Positions 63,701 to 64,000 of a stretch of DNA of 64,000 nucleotides are shown here, in pieces. The translations under genes were made by a program, and so were the position numbers. The DNA lies in assembly GCA_964016885.1 (NCBI GenBank), contig OZ024755.1, positions 35,464,001 to 35,528,000 on the forward strand, written 5' to 3'. The notes under the pieces are model-generated. The model saw only the letters and a program-made list of their open reading frames with translations. It ran no database searches and had not been told where the DNA came from. The stretch comes from Eledone cirrhosa (taxonomy: Eukaryota). Each line of letters begins with the position of its first letter. Positions within the stretch are counted from its first letter, which is position 1.

Positions 63701-64000
63701 ACAAGTCATAAACACATGATTTATGATGTTTATGTTTAAAGTTTATGTTTATGTTTAAAGTTTCAAATTCCGCTAAGAAAACCAATACAATGCTGGCAAA
63801 GCAAGAACTACATAAAGTTCATCTGCCAACAACAAAAGAGGGAGTAAAAATATGCCAACAACATTCTACTTCCTGGTAATAAGACAGTGAAAGTCTTGAA
63901 ATGTCAAATTATGTATTAACCCTTTAGCATTTAAACCGACGATATCCGGCCAAAATTCTCTCACCTCTTTCTGTCCAAACCAGTTGCAACTCGCCACTCA

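Overview
AT-rich, almost wholly repetitive eukaryotic DNA. It is probably a cephalopod (Octopus-like) intron or intergenic region; that is inferred from the SINE, MITE and microsatellite content. It holds an intact-looking DD37D (maT) Tc1/mariner transposon, a Penelope-like GIY-YIG endonuclease fragment, and 3' relics of several LINE clades (RTE, CR1, Tx1/L1, R4/Dong, Vingi-like, CRE-like). It also holds a Tigger/pogo relic, hAT and piggyBac-like MITEs, two tRNA-derived SINE families and many tandem arrays. One plausible 96-nt host exon lies on the minus strand. The most notable signals are: (1) about eight minimal hammerhead-ribozyme motifs of different families, two arranged as inverted pairs; (2) repeated birth of minisatellites/satellites from the coding ends of unrelated truncated transposons, including a 6.5-kb 43-bp satellite; (3) a twin-priming-type inverted RTE insertion with a TSD; (4) several perfect fold-back palindromes. 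Most ORFs in the supplied track are microsatellite artefacts. All calls are by eye; no searches were run.
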